Source: Monocercomonoides exilis PA203 (lineage: Eukaryota > Protista > Preaxostyla). Taken from it: a DNA stretch of 64,000 nt. The notes under the pieces were generated by a model. That model ran no database searches, had not been told where the DNA came from, and saw nothing but the letters and a program-made list of their open reading frames with translations. Numbering within the stretch: position 1 is the first letter of the stretch; each line of letters starts with the position of its first letter. This document shows positions 24,601-38,149 of this stretch, in pieces. The stretch spans positions 186,001-250,000 of the forward strand of contig LSRY02000014.1 of NCBI GenBank assembly GCA_001643675.2. Reading direction: 5' to 3'. The translations under genes and the position numbers were made by a program.

Positions 24601-25714
24601 GCCAGGCTTTCCATCGTCTCTCCTTCTTCTGAAGTTCAGCTTCAGGCTGGCTCCTCTAATCTGATGGTGCGCCCCTTCCGCAACGACATGTATTGCTTGA
24701 CTTGACTCAGCAAACGTGACAAAAGCACATCGCCTATTTAGAAGCAGGTCAATGTTTTCAATCGTTCCATAGCTTTGAAACACGTTCTGCACGTCTTCCT
24801 TTGTTGTGTCTTCCGGTAAATTTCCAACATACACAACTTTTTCGCCAGCGTATTGTTCTGTCAGTAGTTGCTCCTTTGTCTTTTGTGGAGCCGACGAAGA
24901 AGGAGAAGATACGGCCATTGGATTTGTTGCTACAGTTCCTAATGGTCCTCCAACTCCCATTCCAACTCCCATTCCCATTCCCATTCCCATCCCAGGAGCC
25001 CCAAATCCTCCATACATCATCATCTGTTGCTCTGGTGTCATCCCTGCTCCAAACATAGGAGCTCCAAATCCGCCCATTGATGCTCCTGGTTGGCCATATC
25101 CAGGATAGCCTCCTGGATATCCCATAAGCATTCCTTGGGGCATAAAACCTCCATAATATTGTTGCCCCATGACCCCTCCTGCTCCTCCAGTCATGGTTTC
25201 TGCACTCTTGTCAGCTGACTGTTCTGAACCACTTTGAGCAGAAGTGTTAGCTTCCGTCTTTTGTTCGTGTGAAGATTCAGATTGATCGGAAGAGGATGTT
25301 GTTTGCGCGTCTTGGCCATTATTAGAAGGATTTTGAGCATTACCCTGAGAAGATGGTTGCATATAACCCATATAATACGGATAGCCTTAAAAAGTTTGAT
25401 GATTTCAAATGTTAAAAATGTGAGATGAAATAAATTTGAAATAGTAAAGTACTCAAAATATTGTACCGTATCCCTGCTGAAATCCCATTCCTCCAGGCTG
25501 TTGCTGGAACTGATTTAGCTGCTGTTGATATATAGCTCCAGTTGCATCTGACATTGCTCCAGAAGCGTCAAATTGAGAACTCGATGTTTGTTGCTGGTTT
25601 TGACTTCCTTCTCCTTCATCTATAAGATATTAAGAAATTAATTTCAAAAAAATATTTACAAATATTCTCAACAATTCCGTTTAACATACTTGTATCTTTT
25701 TTGTTTGAGTCCAT
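21687..25714 (-). CDS. Multi-exon RNA-binding protein: 2 RRMs, SURP-like and CID-like regions, RS/RD tail
   Basis: ATG 25714. RRM1 VYVGNLP...CAFVTF. RRM2 split over exons at about 23710-24170. SURP-like FIDQFV...SFLVEGSEGFDYFQWK. Arg/Asp-rich tail. 3' end uncertain. Confidence 0.75.
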
Positions 25715-26488
25715 TTGTTGAAAAAAAGTGATCTCAAAAAAGGAAAATTTTGATCTTAAATTGGGGTTTTGATCTAACTGAAATGAGAAAAAGAATTGAG
25801 AATAACGGTTAAAAAACGCAAATAGAGAATGTTTCTCTTATTTCAGTATCATCATCATCACAAGTTAAAAACTTTAAACCTGCTATATCATTGACTAAAG
25901 AATGAAATGAACAATGAACATCTCTAAAACAATTCGGAGAGAATAACCACAACGAAAAAGCTTTAACCAGATTAATGCTACAAAACAAATAAATAAGAAC
26001 ATCGCAAACAAGCAAAATCATAATTTAAATATGAAGTCACTTGAAAAGTGAAACAGAAGCAAGAGAAAGATTATTATCAAATGATTGCTATAATTCTAAT
26101 AACTACGAAATTTGACAGCAATCCTTAACGAAAATTAAAAACTTGTACATAACATTTTAAAAAAAAATCGTAATAAAACAGAAATGATGAATTGAGCAAT
26201 GGAGTAATTTAGAAGAAAACGATTGCTTTGTGAATTATTTCAGAAAAAAGATAACCGAAAGAGATAAAACAAGTGAATTGAAAAAAAACTTACAAATGCA
26301 TGTAAACATTATGACAAACTAATTTCAATAATTAAATAAATTAAGAAATAAATTGTCGTATTTCTTTAAAAAAAAGTTTAGAAAAAAAAAATAAAATAAA
26401 CACAACGCAATAGAGAATTGCAAATTGAAATGGCAAATTGAAGTGATTCTAGATAATTATGCCAATCCTTGTGAAATGAGTCCAACAT

Positions 26489-29400
26489 TCAAGAAATAGC
26501 TTCAGATGATTGTTTCAGTGCACCGCTGGATTCCTCGGGCGATTCCTCCAGCACTGGCAACACTGTCACATCTGCAGCCTCCATCTCAGCCATCTTCTTC
26601 TTCTTCTTCTTTTTCTTTTTCTTCATCATCAGCATCTTCTTCCTCTTCTCCTTCTCCTCTTCTTCCAGCTCCGCCAGTAGCGCCAGCTCCTCATTCAGCT
26701 TCTTCTGCCTCTCTGCCTCTTCCCTCAGCTGCCTCTGCAGAATCTGCAGCTGCGACTGAAAACGCGCTTTCCTCTGCAGCCGCATCAGCATCGTCGCCTG
26801 CAGCGCCACTGATGCAATTGACATCGACGACTCCGACCGGATGATCGGCGAGGGACTCATCTTCGCCCTGAACGGATTCCACCCTTTGGCTGCCCCAAAC
26901 AGCTCGCTGCTTTTTGAGGCATTCCCATTCCCAATCAGCCCATTCGATGGCTGTGTTGAACTGCCCAGCTGTTTTTCGTCTGACTGCCGCAGCTGCTCAA
27001 TCTTGTTCAGCAGATCAACAATAGTTGCATTGTCCTCTTCATCATCATCATTATCATCATCATCTGCACCACACCCTTTTGCTGCCTTTCTCTCTTCCAT
27101 CAGTTCTCTTTCTCTCTCCTCCTCCTCCTTTTTCCTTATCCTCTCCATCTCCTCCATCTGCATCTCTTGATGTATTCTATCGTCTTCCTCCTTCATCAGC
27201 ACCTTCTCTTCCTCCTCCCTCGCCTTCCTCGCGTCTTCCTCCAGCTTCTTCACCCGCTGTGCTTCAGTCATCTCTTCCCATCTCTTCTTCTCCTCCTCTT
27301 CTTTCCTCTTCCTCTCTGCCTCTTCCCTCCTTTGCCTTTCAGCTTCTTTCACTTTCTGCTCCAACTCTGCTGCCACCCTCGCCAGCTCCTCTTCCTGCGC
27401 CTTCCTTTCTGCCTCTTCCTCTCTCCTCAGCCTCTCCTCCTCTTCTTTGATCTTCTCCAGCGCCTCCTTCTCATGTTGTGCAGCTTCTGCAAGTGCATCA
27501 TCCAACTCATCAATGTGTGCTGCCTCTGCCTCAATCCTCCTCTCTTCCTCTTCTGGATCTTCCTCCATCTTCGTCAGCGTGTCGATAACTGCCTGCAGCC
27601 CTCCCCTCTTCTTCTTCTTTTCTCCTCCTCCACCACCTCCTTCTTCATTGTTATTCCCTGACTCCCCTTCTCCTCCATTTTGAGACTGAAACTCGTCTTC
27701 ATCTTCATCTGCTGTCTGCACTTTGGACACAGCCGAAAGAGCTGTCAGCATTTGACTCTGCATCATCGCCTTCTTATTCTTCGGCTTCTTCTTCCTCTTC
27801 AGCGCCCTCAGCTCATCCTTCGAAATAGCTTCGTCTCCACCATCCACTCCTGCCTCTGCCATCAACAGCGCAAACTCTTCTTCCAAATTGTCTTCCTCTC
27901 CTTCAAAATCTTCCTCTCCATTCTCTTCTCCTTCCCCTGCCCCAGCCACTGCCTTCTCATCCCCCAAAAACAGCTCTTCTTCTTCTTCTGCTTCTGCTTC
28001 TCCAAATATTCCCTTTTTAATCAACGAGGCGTTGCTGACATCAGCTGTAATGCTGAATCCGAACTCATCCACCGACGGAGAAGGAGAAGGTTTAACCAGC
28101 CAGCTTCCGTCTTTCTTCACATTTGGATTTCCTTTCAGAGGCTTAAAGAAGGCATTCACTACAATTGGTGCATAGACATTGGGGTCGAGTGAGTTTACTG
28201 GTAGCTTGTCGAAAGAGAGAGAGAAGCTGCGGATGGTGCGGCGGGTCTTCATGTCTTTGTACTGCTCATGGGAAGAGGAAGAAGAAGAAATAGAAGAAGA
28301 AATAGAAGAAGAAATAGAAGAAGAAGAAGAGAATTGAGAATGCACATTATTATTTTTGGAAAAAATAAAATAAAATGAAACAAAATGAAACAATAACAAT
28401 CATAACAATAATTAGAAAACAATAAATGCACATCCACTCTCAAAACATACAGCTTCAGACATTTCTTCCACAATGGGCATAAATGCCATGGCCTTCAGAG
28501 TCAAAAAAGTGGGAATGTTATGTTTCTTCTTCCCATCCGTGTTTCCATCACTTCCTGTTTTGTCACCTAAACCATCTCCTTCTCCTCCTTTTTCTCCTTC
28601 TTCTTTCACTAACATCTCCCCGCTTCCCTTTTCTCCCCCTCCTTCCTCCCCCTTCCTCCTCCTCTCCTCGTCCAATAGTCCCATTGCCATCTTCTTCAGC
28701 AGCCCATCTTTCGTCTCCTGGTTGACAATCGGCGCATAAAACTCCACGCACACTGCGCTCTCCACACTCAGCGCCATCAGCGGATCAACCACCCCGCTGA
28801 ACACACAGCCCCAGCCAGGGCAGCTGATGAAGGAGAGGCCCAGAAGAGGAGAAGGATCGGGAAGAGGAGTGAGATAAAGAGACTCAATCACATCGGGCGG
28901 TGGGAGGGAGAGTTTCGGGCGGCGGTGGAAGCCGGTGGAGTCGGTGCGGCTGGTGGAGAAGAAGGAGGAGGCAAAAGAAGAAGAGGAAGAAGAAGAAGAT
29001 GATGAAGATGAACTTTTTTGTTTGGATGAAGCAGATGAGCTCAAAACAGATAGAGGAATCTCTTCGTATTCATTTGAGATGGGAAGTATGAGTGAATAAG
29101 AGGCAAAGTCAGGGTATTTGCTGGTGTTGATCAGCGCCTCATACTTTTCATTGTCAAAATTAGCATCTTCTTTCTCTTCTTTTGCTTCATCTTTCTCTTT
29201 CTCTTTCTCTTTCACCTCTTCCTTCTCTATCTTTTTCGTTTCTTCCTCTCTTTTCTCTTCCTTCTCTCCCTCTCCCTCTTTCTCTTTCTCTTTCTCTTCT
29301 TCTTCCTTTTCTTCCTTCTCTTCCTTCTCTTCTTCTTTTTCTTCCTCTTCCTCTTCTTCTTCTTCCTCCTCCAACAGCAACTCCAACACCCTCTCTTCTT

Positions 29401-32400
29401 TCTCCTTTTCTTCTCTCAATTTCACCAAATACCCTTCCACTTCATCCAGCATTGCCTTATACACATCACAGCCCTCCTTCGAAGAAGAACTAAAACTCAA
29501 CGAAGATTGCAATTTATTCGAAGAAGAAGAAGAAGAAGATGCTGATGATGCTGATGATGATGAAATATCTTCATTTCCTTCAATCAGCTTCTCTTTGATT
29601 AATCCATCTTCTTCTTCTTCTTCTTCCTCTTTGATTTTTTCGTCTTCATTGTCAGACGTCTTTAACACAATTGGCTTATCCTTTTCATTCGCTTCTTCTT
29701 TCCCTCCTTCCTTCAGCTTTGCCTCAATCTCTTTTTTCTTCTCTTCCTGCTCTTCTATTTTGATAGAGAACAACTTTATCTTTTCCCTCGCCCTCTCCTT
29801 CTCTCCCTCTCTTTCCTCCCTCCTCCTCTCCCTCCTCTCCTCTCCCTCTCTCCTCACCTTCTCCCTCACTCTCCTCCTCCACCCTCCCTCTCCTTTCTCT
29901 CCTTCTCTCTCTCTCTCCTCCTCTGCCTCCTGCCTCACCTCCACACACACAAACGGCAGCATCTCCTGCGGATACCCCTCTTCATACACAGGCACCTCCA
30001 ACCCTGTCGGATCCATCTTCGCCGTCGCTGCTTCCCAATGGAGAGCCATCTTGTTCACTGCCCTCACTGCCACCACGGGTGGATAAGGCGAACAGATGCC
30101 TAAATAGGCAGGCGTCGAAACACGCAAGAAGGTGGAGAGCTTGTGGTGCATGAAGCAGCGGTTGATGGGCTTCTGGTGAGACACACGCAAGCCAGCGCAC
30201 AGGGCAAAACCTTGTTTTGGCTCCACGAAACGCACGAGAAATACCTCGTTTGCCTTCGCAGCAGCCTGCCGGAGGGAGATGGCGAAGGTCATCAGAGGAT
30301 TGTCTTTGTATTTGATGTTCTCATCTGCTTCATTCACTTTGGATGAAGAAGAAGAAGAAGACATCACAGAAGGTGCTGTTGATGGGCGGGCAGAGGAATT
30401 TCCTTCGTTTGGCTGGCTTTTGGGGGGAATTGGCTTCTGACTGATGACAGACAGAACAAGCTGGCTCCTCTGGTCAGACACAAGATGGAACTCCTCAAAC
30501 AAGAAACTGAAGAGAATGAGAAGAAGAAAGAAGAATTGAATAAGAAATGAGTCAATATAAATTATTAAAAAAATATTGAAAGAACAAAAATATAAAGAAA
30601 AATAAACCAAATCAAAATAAATATTTCTAAACAGAACAAATAAACATTCTTCACATTAACTCCGTTCATCTCCTTCATCTCCTTCCACATCTGCTCATTC
30701 ATTCATTCATTCATTTAACACACGCACACCCTCTTTCTCTGAACTCCTTCACGTATCCATTTCTGATGGGGTCTTCGGCTGTCTCAAACACTGCTGGCTG
30801 TGTCTCGCACATCTCCGACTTCACATCAGTCGTCCTCACCCGCACAATCACCCTCTTCGGCAGGAGAAAGTTGAATGCTGCTTTCTCCACTGCCTTCTTC
30901 TTCTTGTTCTTCTCCTCTTCCTCCTCTATCTGCTCCAGCCTCCTCATCACTTCCTCCTCCATCGCCTCTTTTTCCCCTTTCTTCCCTTTCTTCATCATCA
31001 GCATCTTGTTCCTCTCCTCCAGCTTCCTCTTCTCCTCCAGCGCTTTCTGCACCTCTGCCAGCCTGTCTACCGGAGGGTGCACAACTTCTGCCCCTGCTTC
31101 GACCCAAAAGAGAAGCAGCTGAATGTTCAGCGGACGATTCAGAGCAGCCATCTTCCGCTCTTCTTCCACATACTCCACTGCGTTGGCACATTGCTCTTCT
31201 TTTGTTTCTTCTGGTGCTGTTGAATGCTCTGTTATTTGATCTGTTGCGCTCAAAGGTTCCATTTGTGATGTCTGCTTGTTTTCTTCTCTATCCATCCCCT
31301 TCTCACTCCCTGACTCATCCACCTTCTTCATCTGATCTCTTTCTTCTTCCTCCTCTCCTCCTCCTCTTCTCTCTTCCTCATTCTTCTCCAGACAATCCAC
31401 CGTCACATGTGCTTTCCCCAGCAAATGCTGCATTCCACCTGCTGTGTTGCATCTTGTGTCTGACTGTGCAATCATTGGCTGTGTCATCTCCTCATCCAAA
31501 TCATAAGTCCGAAGAGAAGAAGAAGAAGAAGAGGAAGAGGAAGAAGAAGAGGAAGAGGAAGAAGAAGCAGCAGCAGAATAAGGAGAAATAGACAATGAAG
31601 CACTAATAGATCGACAAGAGTCGTGTGCAAGCAGCGGTGTCAGAGAAGAAGTAGATGCCTCTCTGCAGAGTGGAAGCGCAGTGTGGCAGAGGTCAGGGAG
31701 AGGGCGGGGTGTTTGGGAGCTGTTTTGAGGGCGCTGGAGAGGCAAGAGGGCATCTGTGGAAGAGGCAGGCGAGGCGGTGGGGGTGTCGAGGATGTATGGA
31801 GAGTACAGGGCAGATGAGAGAGACGGCTGGTGGGAGACAAAGGAGGTGGAGATGGAAGGGGTGATAGAGGAAGAGAGAGGAGAAGAGGAGGGAGAGGAAT
31901 CAGCAGTGAAGGAAGAAGATGAAGGAGTGAATGGAGCATCAGAAGAGTCTGCATTTCCTGTTGTTGCATACTCAGAAAACACTTCCGAATGCTTCATCTT
32001 CAGCGCCCTTGCCTCTGGTCTGCTGAACGCCAGCTCATCTGTTTTGGGCTCTGTTTCTCTGCCTTTCTCATTTCCATCAGAAATTTGCTCGTTTTGCTCG
32101 TTTGCCTGCTCTGTTGCATTCATCTGGCAGACTTCGAGTGTTTCTCCTTCTCCCTTCGCTTCTGTGCTTTCATTCTGCAGCATCTGCATCTCGCTCCCCT
32201 CTTTCCTCTTCACAGGAACCTTCACAACATAACTCACTTCTGGCGGGATTGAATATATCGATGGGAATATTGGGAATATCTGCAGCTCAATCCTCAGCAC
32301 AGCTGTGACTGCGCTGTCGATCCCCAACTCGGGAAGGCAAGAAGAGCTGAAGGCAGCAGAAGAAGGAGAGGGAGAGAAAGAGGGAAAGGAAGAGGCTTTG

Positions 32401-34020
32401 TTCTGTTTACTCAGCGAAGACAGCGCAGACACCAAGCTTGTTGACGGGAAAGGCGGAGGAGAGGAAGAAATTGGGGTGTTCACAGAAAGTGTGGAAGTGC
32501 TCGAGGCAGCAGACGACGGAAGAAGTGAAGCAAGAGAGGAGTAGCCAGAAATCAGAGGCGTCGGCTGCTCAGGAGACATGCTACTGAAAGCTGAAGAGCA
32601 GTCTGGTGATTTTGCAGGCGGGAGCATCAGCCGACAGTTGCCAACAGAGTCGAAATTTGACTGTGATGCATAACCTTCTCTGCCCCCTTTCCCTTCCTTC
32701 AGCCTCAGACTGCTTTTTGTCAGTGACTGCACCGGCCGCCCTGCTTCGAGTGTGCTGATTGCCGTCTTGCGCCCGGGGATCAGAAGTTTGTATGACACCG
32801 AGTGGAAGAAGGCAGAAATCGAAGGGACACGCGAAGTGGCCAGCTTTCTGTACATAATCGGCGCCAGCGATGCTCTGCTCGACAAACTCTGCTCTGCTCC
32901 TGACGCACCTCTGCTTTCAGCCGTGCTGCCTCTGCCTTCAATTCTCCTTCCATTGGCCCTGACAGCTCCTTCGTCTTGTGTGCTGAATGACCCGTCGTTC
33001 GCCATCACCAGCTGCATTTGCCTCTGAATGAACTGCACCTGCTTCACCCCGCCGTGCGTCCAGCACTGCATCGTGGATGGCAGGATCTTTGTTTTATACT
33101 TCCGGCGGTTGCTCATCGGCACCATAAGATGCAGCTTCCTTCCAGTCATCAATGTTGGGATGAGCTCTGTGATGTTGAGCTGAGCCACTCCAAGAACGGA
33201 ATATACTATTTCTTCTAATTTCGCTTGTGTGGAGTCACTTTCATCGCTTTCACAGTTCTTCGTTGGCTGCTCTTTTTCTGCAGTTTCGGGTCTTTGGCTT
33301 GCATTTTCACTTGCTTTCAAGTTGTCTGCTGCTTTGCGCGCTTCTGAATCAACTTCGCTTGTTTGGACTTCTTTGCCATTTGAAGGCTGTTCTTCAGTAG
33401 TTTGCATTGATGATTGATAAATTGCAGAATCATATGGTTTTTTGACAACATCATCATCGCAATTGCTAATCTGCACATTTTCCCTTGATTCTTGTGGTGC
33501 TTCAGCAAGAAATTTTTTATTTTCTTTCGTAGTAGATTCGTTAACTAAATCCTGAGATTGTTCGACAACTGTTGAACTCGGATTGTCACTTTTTTCGTCA
33601 CACGTATCCTGCTTTGTAGAGTTTGTTTCATGCTTTTCAATCCTCACAATCATTAGATTTAGTCTGGGGTTGAACTTTTTTATTGTAAATGGAAGTACTT
33701 AAAAGCAATAAATATCAGTAAGAAAAGAATCAAATCACACAAAAGTCTAAATTATTTTGTTTGTATTGTGGCGCATTGGAATTTTGAACGGCATCAGTTC
33801 GAAGCTGTTTTATCCGAGTTTGTCCCCTTTTTAAGGTAAAAATCAAAAAGTTTGAACAACATTCCTTTGTAATGAAAAGTGCACATAAAAATTTCAAGAA
33901 ATTATTGGCATTAATTTTTATTTATGCATACCTGCAAATCGACCCTCGATATGTGAACGCGGAGTACACATAAGGGAACTCTATTAAAAAAGGTACCAAA
34001 CGACAGTGCATCAATGACAT
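26489..34020 (-). CDS. Large multi-exon low-complexity (poly-S/E, coiled-coil) hypothetical protein
   Basis: Long same-strand ORFs 30711-33653, 28412-30610 and 26489-28399 are separated by AT-rich intron-like gaps. Putative first exons at 33680-34020. Could be more than one gene. Confidence 0.65.
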
Positions 34021-34921
34021 TAGTATTAACGCATTTGAACATTTGTTGAATTATATTCGAAAATGTTCTCATGGTTAATTATTGTTAATACAGTCCACGA
34101 AACCAGTAATAAAGTGTCTAAATATTTTTGCACTTGTGTGAGAATTTATTATGGGCAGAAAAAGAAGTTATCAACTCAGTCTTAAGTTTTCAAGTTTTCG
34201 CAGAATTGACGAAGGATTGTTATATGAAGTGTTGAATACGGTTCATATTTTTATGCATTATCGAAAGAGTTCTGTCAAAATCATTTTCTCATTTTTTAAT
34301 TTTTAACAAAAGAGGATGAAAAAGATGCACGCGATAAACACATTTTATCATTGAATCAGTTGATAAATAAGATTTAATTCTGTCTCTTTCTCTTCATTTT
34401 TGTGTGTTTTCTTCAAATGCCATTGAAAAAAAAAATAAAATAAAATAAAATAAAAGCGAGTGAATTGAATTGCAATATTTATCTTGCATTTTCATTCATT
34501 CATCAGAATTATTAAAAAATAAAATAAATTAAAATAAATAAATGTGCTCAAATGAAATGCAAAAGCTGTGCTGATGAATGACACGCAGGCAGCTTTTCTA
34601 GCTGCAGCTCTGACAAAGAAGAAGGCAGGAAAAGAAGCAGAGCAAGTCCTGCTTGCTTCGTGTTGCCCAGAAGCCGAAACTCAAGCCCTATCCAAAGCCA
34701 CTCGGCTTATTATTTTGTTTCTCGAGTTGTCGCTGCACACCCAGCACGGCAGGCACAAAAACAGAATCAGCAAAGACGAAAAAAAAAAGGCGAAAAGAAA
34801 GATGCTTCATGGCTTGCCCTGAACAATCGTATTTTATCTTCCCAAAGAAAGTGCATGCCACAGATATGTTTGTCCAACAGCAGGAGACGCAGCTGGCCTG
34901 CAGGCGGCGGAGACAGTCCAT

Positions 34922-36958
34922 TCACAGCGCGTCGTGCAGCGACTGCTCAAAGCAAGCAGATGGCTGGCAATCAGAAGAGGAAGGCATAGAAGCCCTGCCT
35001 GAACGCCTCGTTCGCTGTGCTTTTCGCTCACGCGATCCCAGAAGAGGGAAAAAGGCAAGGGAGTTCGCCTTTTCGCCACATGCACTCTCCAAAAGAAGAT
35101 CCAGCGATGCTGCTGTTGATCTGCGAAAGTCTTTAATCCTGCGACTTCTGGCCCCTTGGGAGGCAAAGAGAGAATCTGCATGTTGGCTGTGCAATTGCCT
35201 GCTGCCGCTTTGCATCCAGCCACGACAGTCGCACAAGTCTTGGCCAGACTCACACAAGCAAGGAGACAATGTTGAAGATGAATGTGGCATCAACCGCTGA
35301 AGCGGTGCCGGAAAGTAGGAAAAGGCATCGAAAAGAGCGAGCTGCATGTGCCTGCTGGGATTATTGGTATTGCTGGTATTGCTGGCATTGCTGGTGTTGC
35401 TGGGAAGCTGAGTCTTGTGGCAGTCGAGCAGAGAGGGCAGCTGCGTGAGGCGTGAGCGCCAACGCCCATGTGCAAGGAATGGAAGCACCAAAACCTCGCT
35501 CTCCTGCATCTCTTGCAGCAGCTCCGCGTTGTGTGCCTGTTCGGCTAGTGCAGCCCTCGCAAGACGCTTGCGCTGCATCCGCTCCTGCCGCGTGCCCCGT
35601 TTGGGGATCTCTCTTTTCGTCTTTTCGTCTTTCTCTATCAAGCACCGCTTGCCGTGCACATGCGCCAGCCCATCTGCGGCAGCTGCTTCCAGAACAGAGG
35701 TGGGCATAATGCTGTCTGAGGAAGAAGGCAGCGCCGAAAAGTTGCAGGAGAGTGGCAATTTATTGTGGAGCGGAGCGCAGAGAGACGACCCAGGAGAGCG
35801 CCGAGAGCCAGAAAAGCAGCGGAAGTGGGGCAATGCGCCAGATGCAGGTGGCGAAGAGCCTTGGCTCCGAATCCCGCATCCAGCACTTTCCCAGTCAACT
35901 CTGATGTGTGTCTTGCTGCCATCTGCTTCGTCTTTTTCCTTCGCTTGACTTTCACAGATTGTATTTTCGCGTTCTGCTGTTTCTTTTCTTTTTCTTTGCT
36001 TTCTTTTAGCCTTCTCTCGCCTTCGTGCTTTTTCCTTCATTAGCCTTTCTTTTTCTTCTTCGTCATATTCTTGGTCTTCGTCTATATTGCTTCCTCCATC
36101 ACTTTTCTCGCAGTGAATTCGTGTTGCAAGGTCAGCTGTCTTCCATTTCTTGTCCACTCCTTCATTTGCGTCGACCTCCTCCTCCAGCAATCTCCTGTTC
36201 AGCTTCAGATGAAGGATACGACGCTTTCCCAGATTTGACATCAGCTGATCGTCTATAGACACGGAAGACAATGAAGATGTGTCTTTCAATATGAAGGCAT
36301 CAGCTTCGGATAATTCTTCTTCCAGTTCGTTGCCTTCTTCACTCTTTTTCATTGATTTCAAAGAATCAGAGTAAATAGACGAAGGATCACAGGGAAAGAA
36401 GGATGTGAAGCTGGAAGAGTGCCAAAAAGGAGTTTTTTGTGTAGCCTTTGGAAAACTCATTTGCAAATAGTTTTCAGAGTACGATGGTGTTTGAGTCCCT
36501 GAAATTTCCGCAGAATTTGAAAAAGCAGGCAAAGCGGAAGATTCTGCTATTATTGAATGATGTAGTTGTTGATAGAATGATAATAAAGATAAATATATTG
36601 AGTTATGCCCGAAACATTGCTCGGAACGAAGGCTTTGACTTGGAATTTCAGGAAGTGGACGTCGAACGTCCAATAATTGAGAAGTAGAAAAGAATGTTTG
36701 CGAAGCATTGCCATTTTGCGAAGAACATTGAAAATGCTCGAGCATATTGTCAAAGAATAAGTATCCTTGCTTTGACGGGTGTTCGTTGCAATCCTTTGCT
36801 TTTATAATCTGAAATGGGAAAGATGAGTTTGAAGCTTTTATTTGTGATTGATCAAAAGAATTCACAATAAAATTTTTGCCTCTCAAAGCGGAAGTGACTA
36901 TTTTCTCCACTTGAGCAGAATTTGAAGGTACGTCGGGGAATGAAAGAAATGAAGCCAT
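34922..36958 (-). CDS. Hypothetical protein, left-arm copy (open frame)
   Basis: 706-aa ORF with first ATG at 36958 (MASFLSF). No recognisable domain. Confidence 0.6.
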   Translation of the reverse strand: MASFLSFPDVPSNSAQVEKIVTSALRGKNFIVNSFDQSQIKASNSSFPFQIIKAKDCNEHPSKQGYLFFDNMLEHFQCSSQNGNASQTFFSTSQLLDVRRPLPEIPSQSLRSEQCFGHNSIYLSLLSFYQQLHHSIIAESSALPAFSNSAEISGTQTPSYSENYLQMSFPKATQKTPFWHSSSFTSFFPCDPSSIYSDSLKSMKKSEEGNELEEELSEADAFILKDTSSLSSVSIDDQLMSNLGKRRILHLKLNRRLLEEEVDANEGVDKKWKTADLATRIHCEKSDGGSNIDEDQEYDEEEKERLMKEKARRREKAKRKQRKRKETAERENTICESQAKEKDEADGSKTHIRVDWESAGCGIRSQGSSPPASGALPHFRCFSGSRRSPGSSLCAPLHNKLPLSCNFSALPSSSDSIMPTSVLEAAAADGLAHVHGKRCLIEKDEKTKREIPKRGTRQERMQRKRLARAALAEQAHNAELLQEMQESEVLVLPFLAHGRWRSRLTQLPSLLDCHKTQLPSNTSNASNTSNTNNPSRHMQLALFDAFSYFPAPLQRLMPHSSSTLSPCLCESGQDLCDCRGWMQSGSRQLHSQHADSLFASQGARSRRIKDFRRSTAASLDLLLESACGEKANSLAFFPLLGSRERKAQRTRRSGRASMPSSSDCQPSACFEQSLHDAL

Positions 36959-37276
36959 TCCTGTTATTGTTTCAAAGATGATTGTAAAAGATTGAACAAG
37001 TTCTATCTTTATTTTAGTATTAAAGTTTTGTTCATAAAACACAATTGCACCAAATAAAAAAAGAAGGGTAAATTAATGTCAACAAATCAAGGAACGATAA
37101 AATTATTCTCAATAAAAAATATACAACAAACAATAATAATGGTTAAATAATTGAATATTCATTTGTTTCCAAAAATATTTGAAAAAGTCAAAATTTCCTA
37201 TAAACTTTAATAACAAAAATAATTAAATGAATAAAACTTCATAAAAAACTATATTTGAATAAAAAAACAAAAATTT

Positions 37277-37349
37277 CGGCCCGAGGCGGGCTCGAACCGC
37301 CGACCTTGTGGTTAACAGCCACACGCTCTGCCGACTGAGCCATCAGGCC
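37277..37349 (-). tRNA. trnN: tRNA-Asn(GTT)
   Basis: 73-nt cloverleaf with anticodon arm TGTGG-CTGTTAA-CCACA, T-loop GGTTCGAGCCC and a downstream T-run terminator. Confidence 0.97.
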
Positions 37350-38149
37350 TATATAAGAAAGGTGTTGCTGCTAAATATCTGAAAACAACTCTATTCCGAA
37401 ATAAAGTTTTTGAAATTTTGAGTTGTGTTTGATGAAATTGTATTGAAATTTATCCAATGTTGACGTTCTTAATGTGCCATTCCACTTTGATACCGTTTTT
37501 TATTATGTGTGCAACATTTTGACATTCGCTACTTTTATTTATTTGTTAAAATAATGTGGATTTTAGGTATAACGTTTCTTTGAGGGTTCACGTGCGATTG
37601 GTTATTCGCATAATAAAAAGGCTTCATATTTTTGACTAAACTAAGCCTTTGTGACTTAGAATGAAATTTTGTTTCAAGTCAGTCAGTGACTTATAGATAA
37701 TTGATCAAAATATTATGATCATTCCGGTACCATAACATAGAGAGAAAAAATATAAAGAAGATTTCTCTTCGCTAATACTGTGATATTAATACAAAATTGG
37801 CATTTTAACATATTCAATTTTAACTTTTTTGTCTTTTTAACTTCTTAAAACAGTTGATTTCTAGCCATTTTGGACAAACAAACAATTTGTTTTTATTTCA
37901 TTGTTTTCATTTCATCCGTTTGATTTTTCATTCTGATTTTTCAAATGCTTTCTTTTTTTAAAACAAACTTCTTTGTTGTGTGACATTAGAAAAAACTGCT
38001 TATTTTGGAATACTTTTTTTATGATATTTCAGATTGTGAAAAAAATTTAACATTTCATTGCTCATATTTATTGAACAACATTCAAAATGAACAACATATG
38101 GAATAATAAAAAAGTTTATAATTTTCAAATTAAATGTTTCATCCATTTT

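Noticed and set aside
26506-33417. Numerous + strand ORFs rich in S/F/L
   Set aside because: Antisense shadows of GAA/GAG-rich coding sequence.
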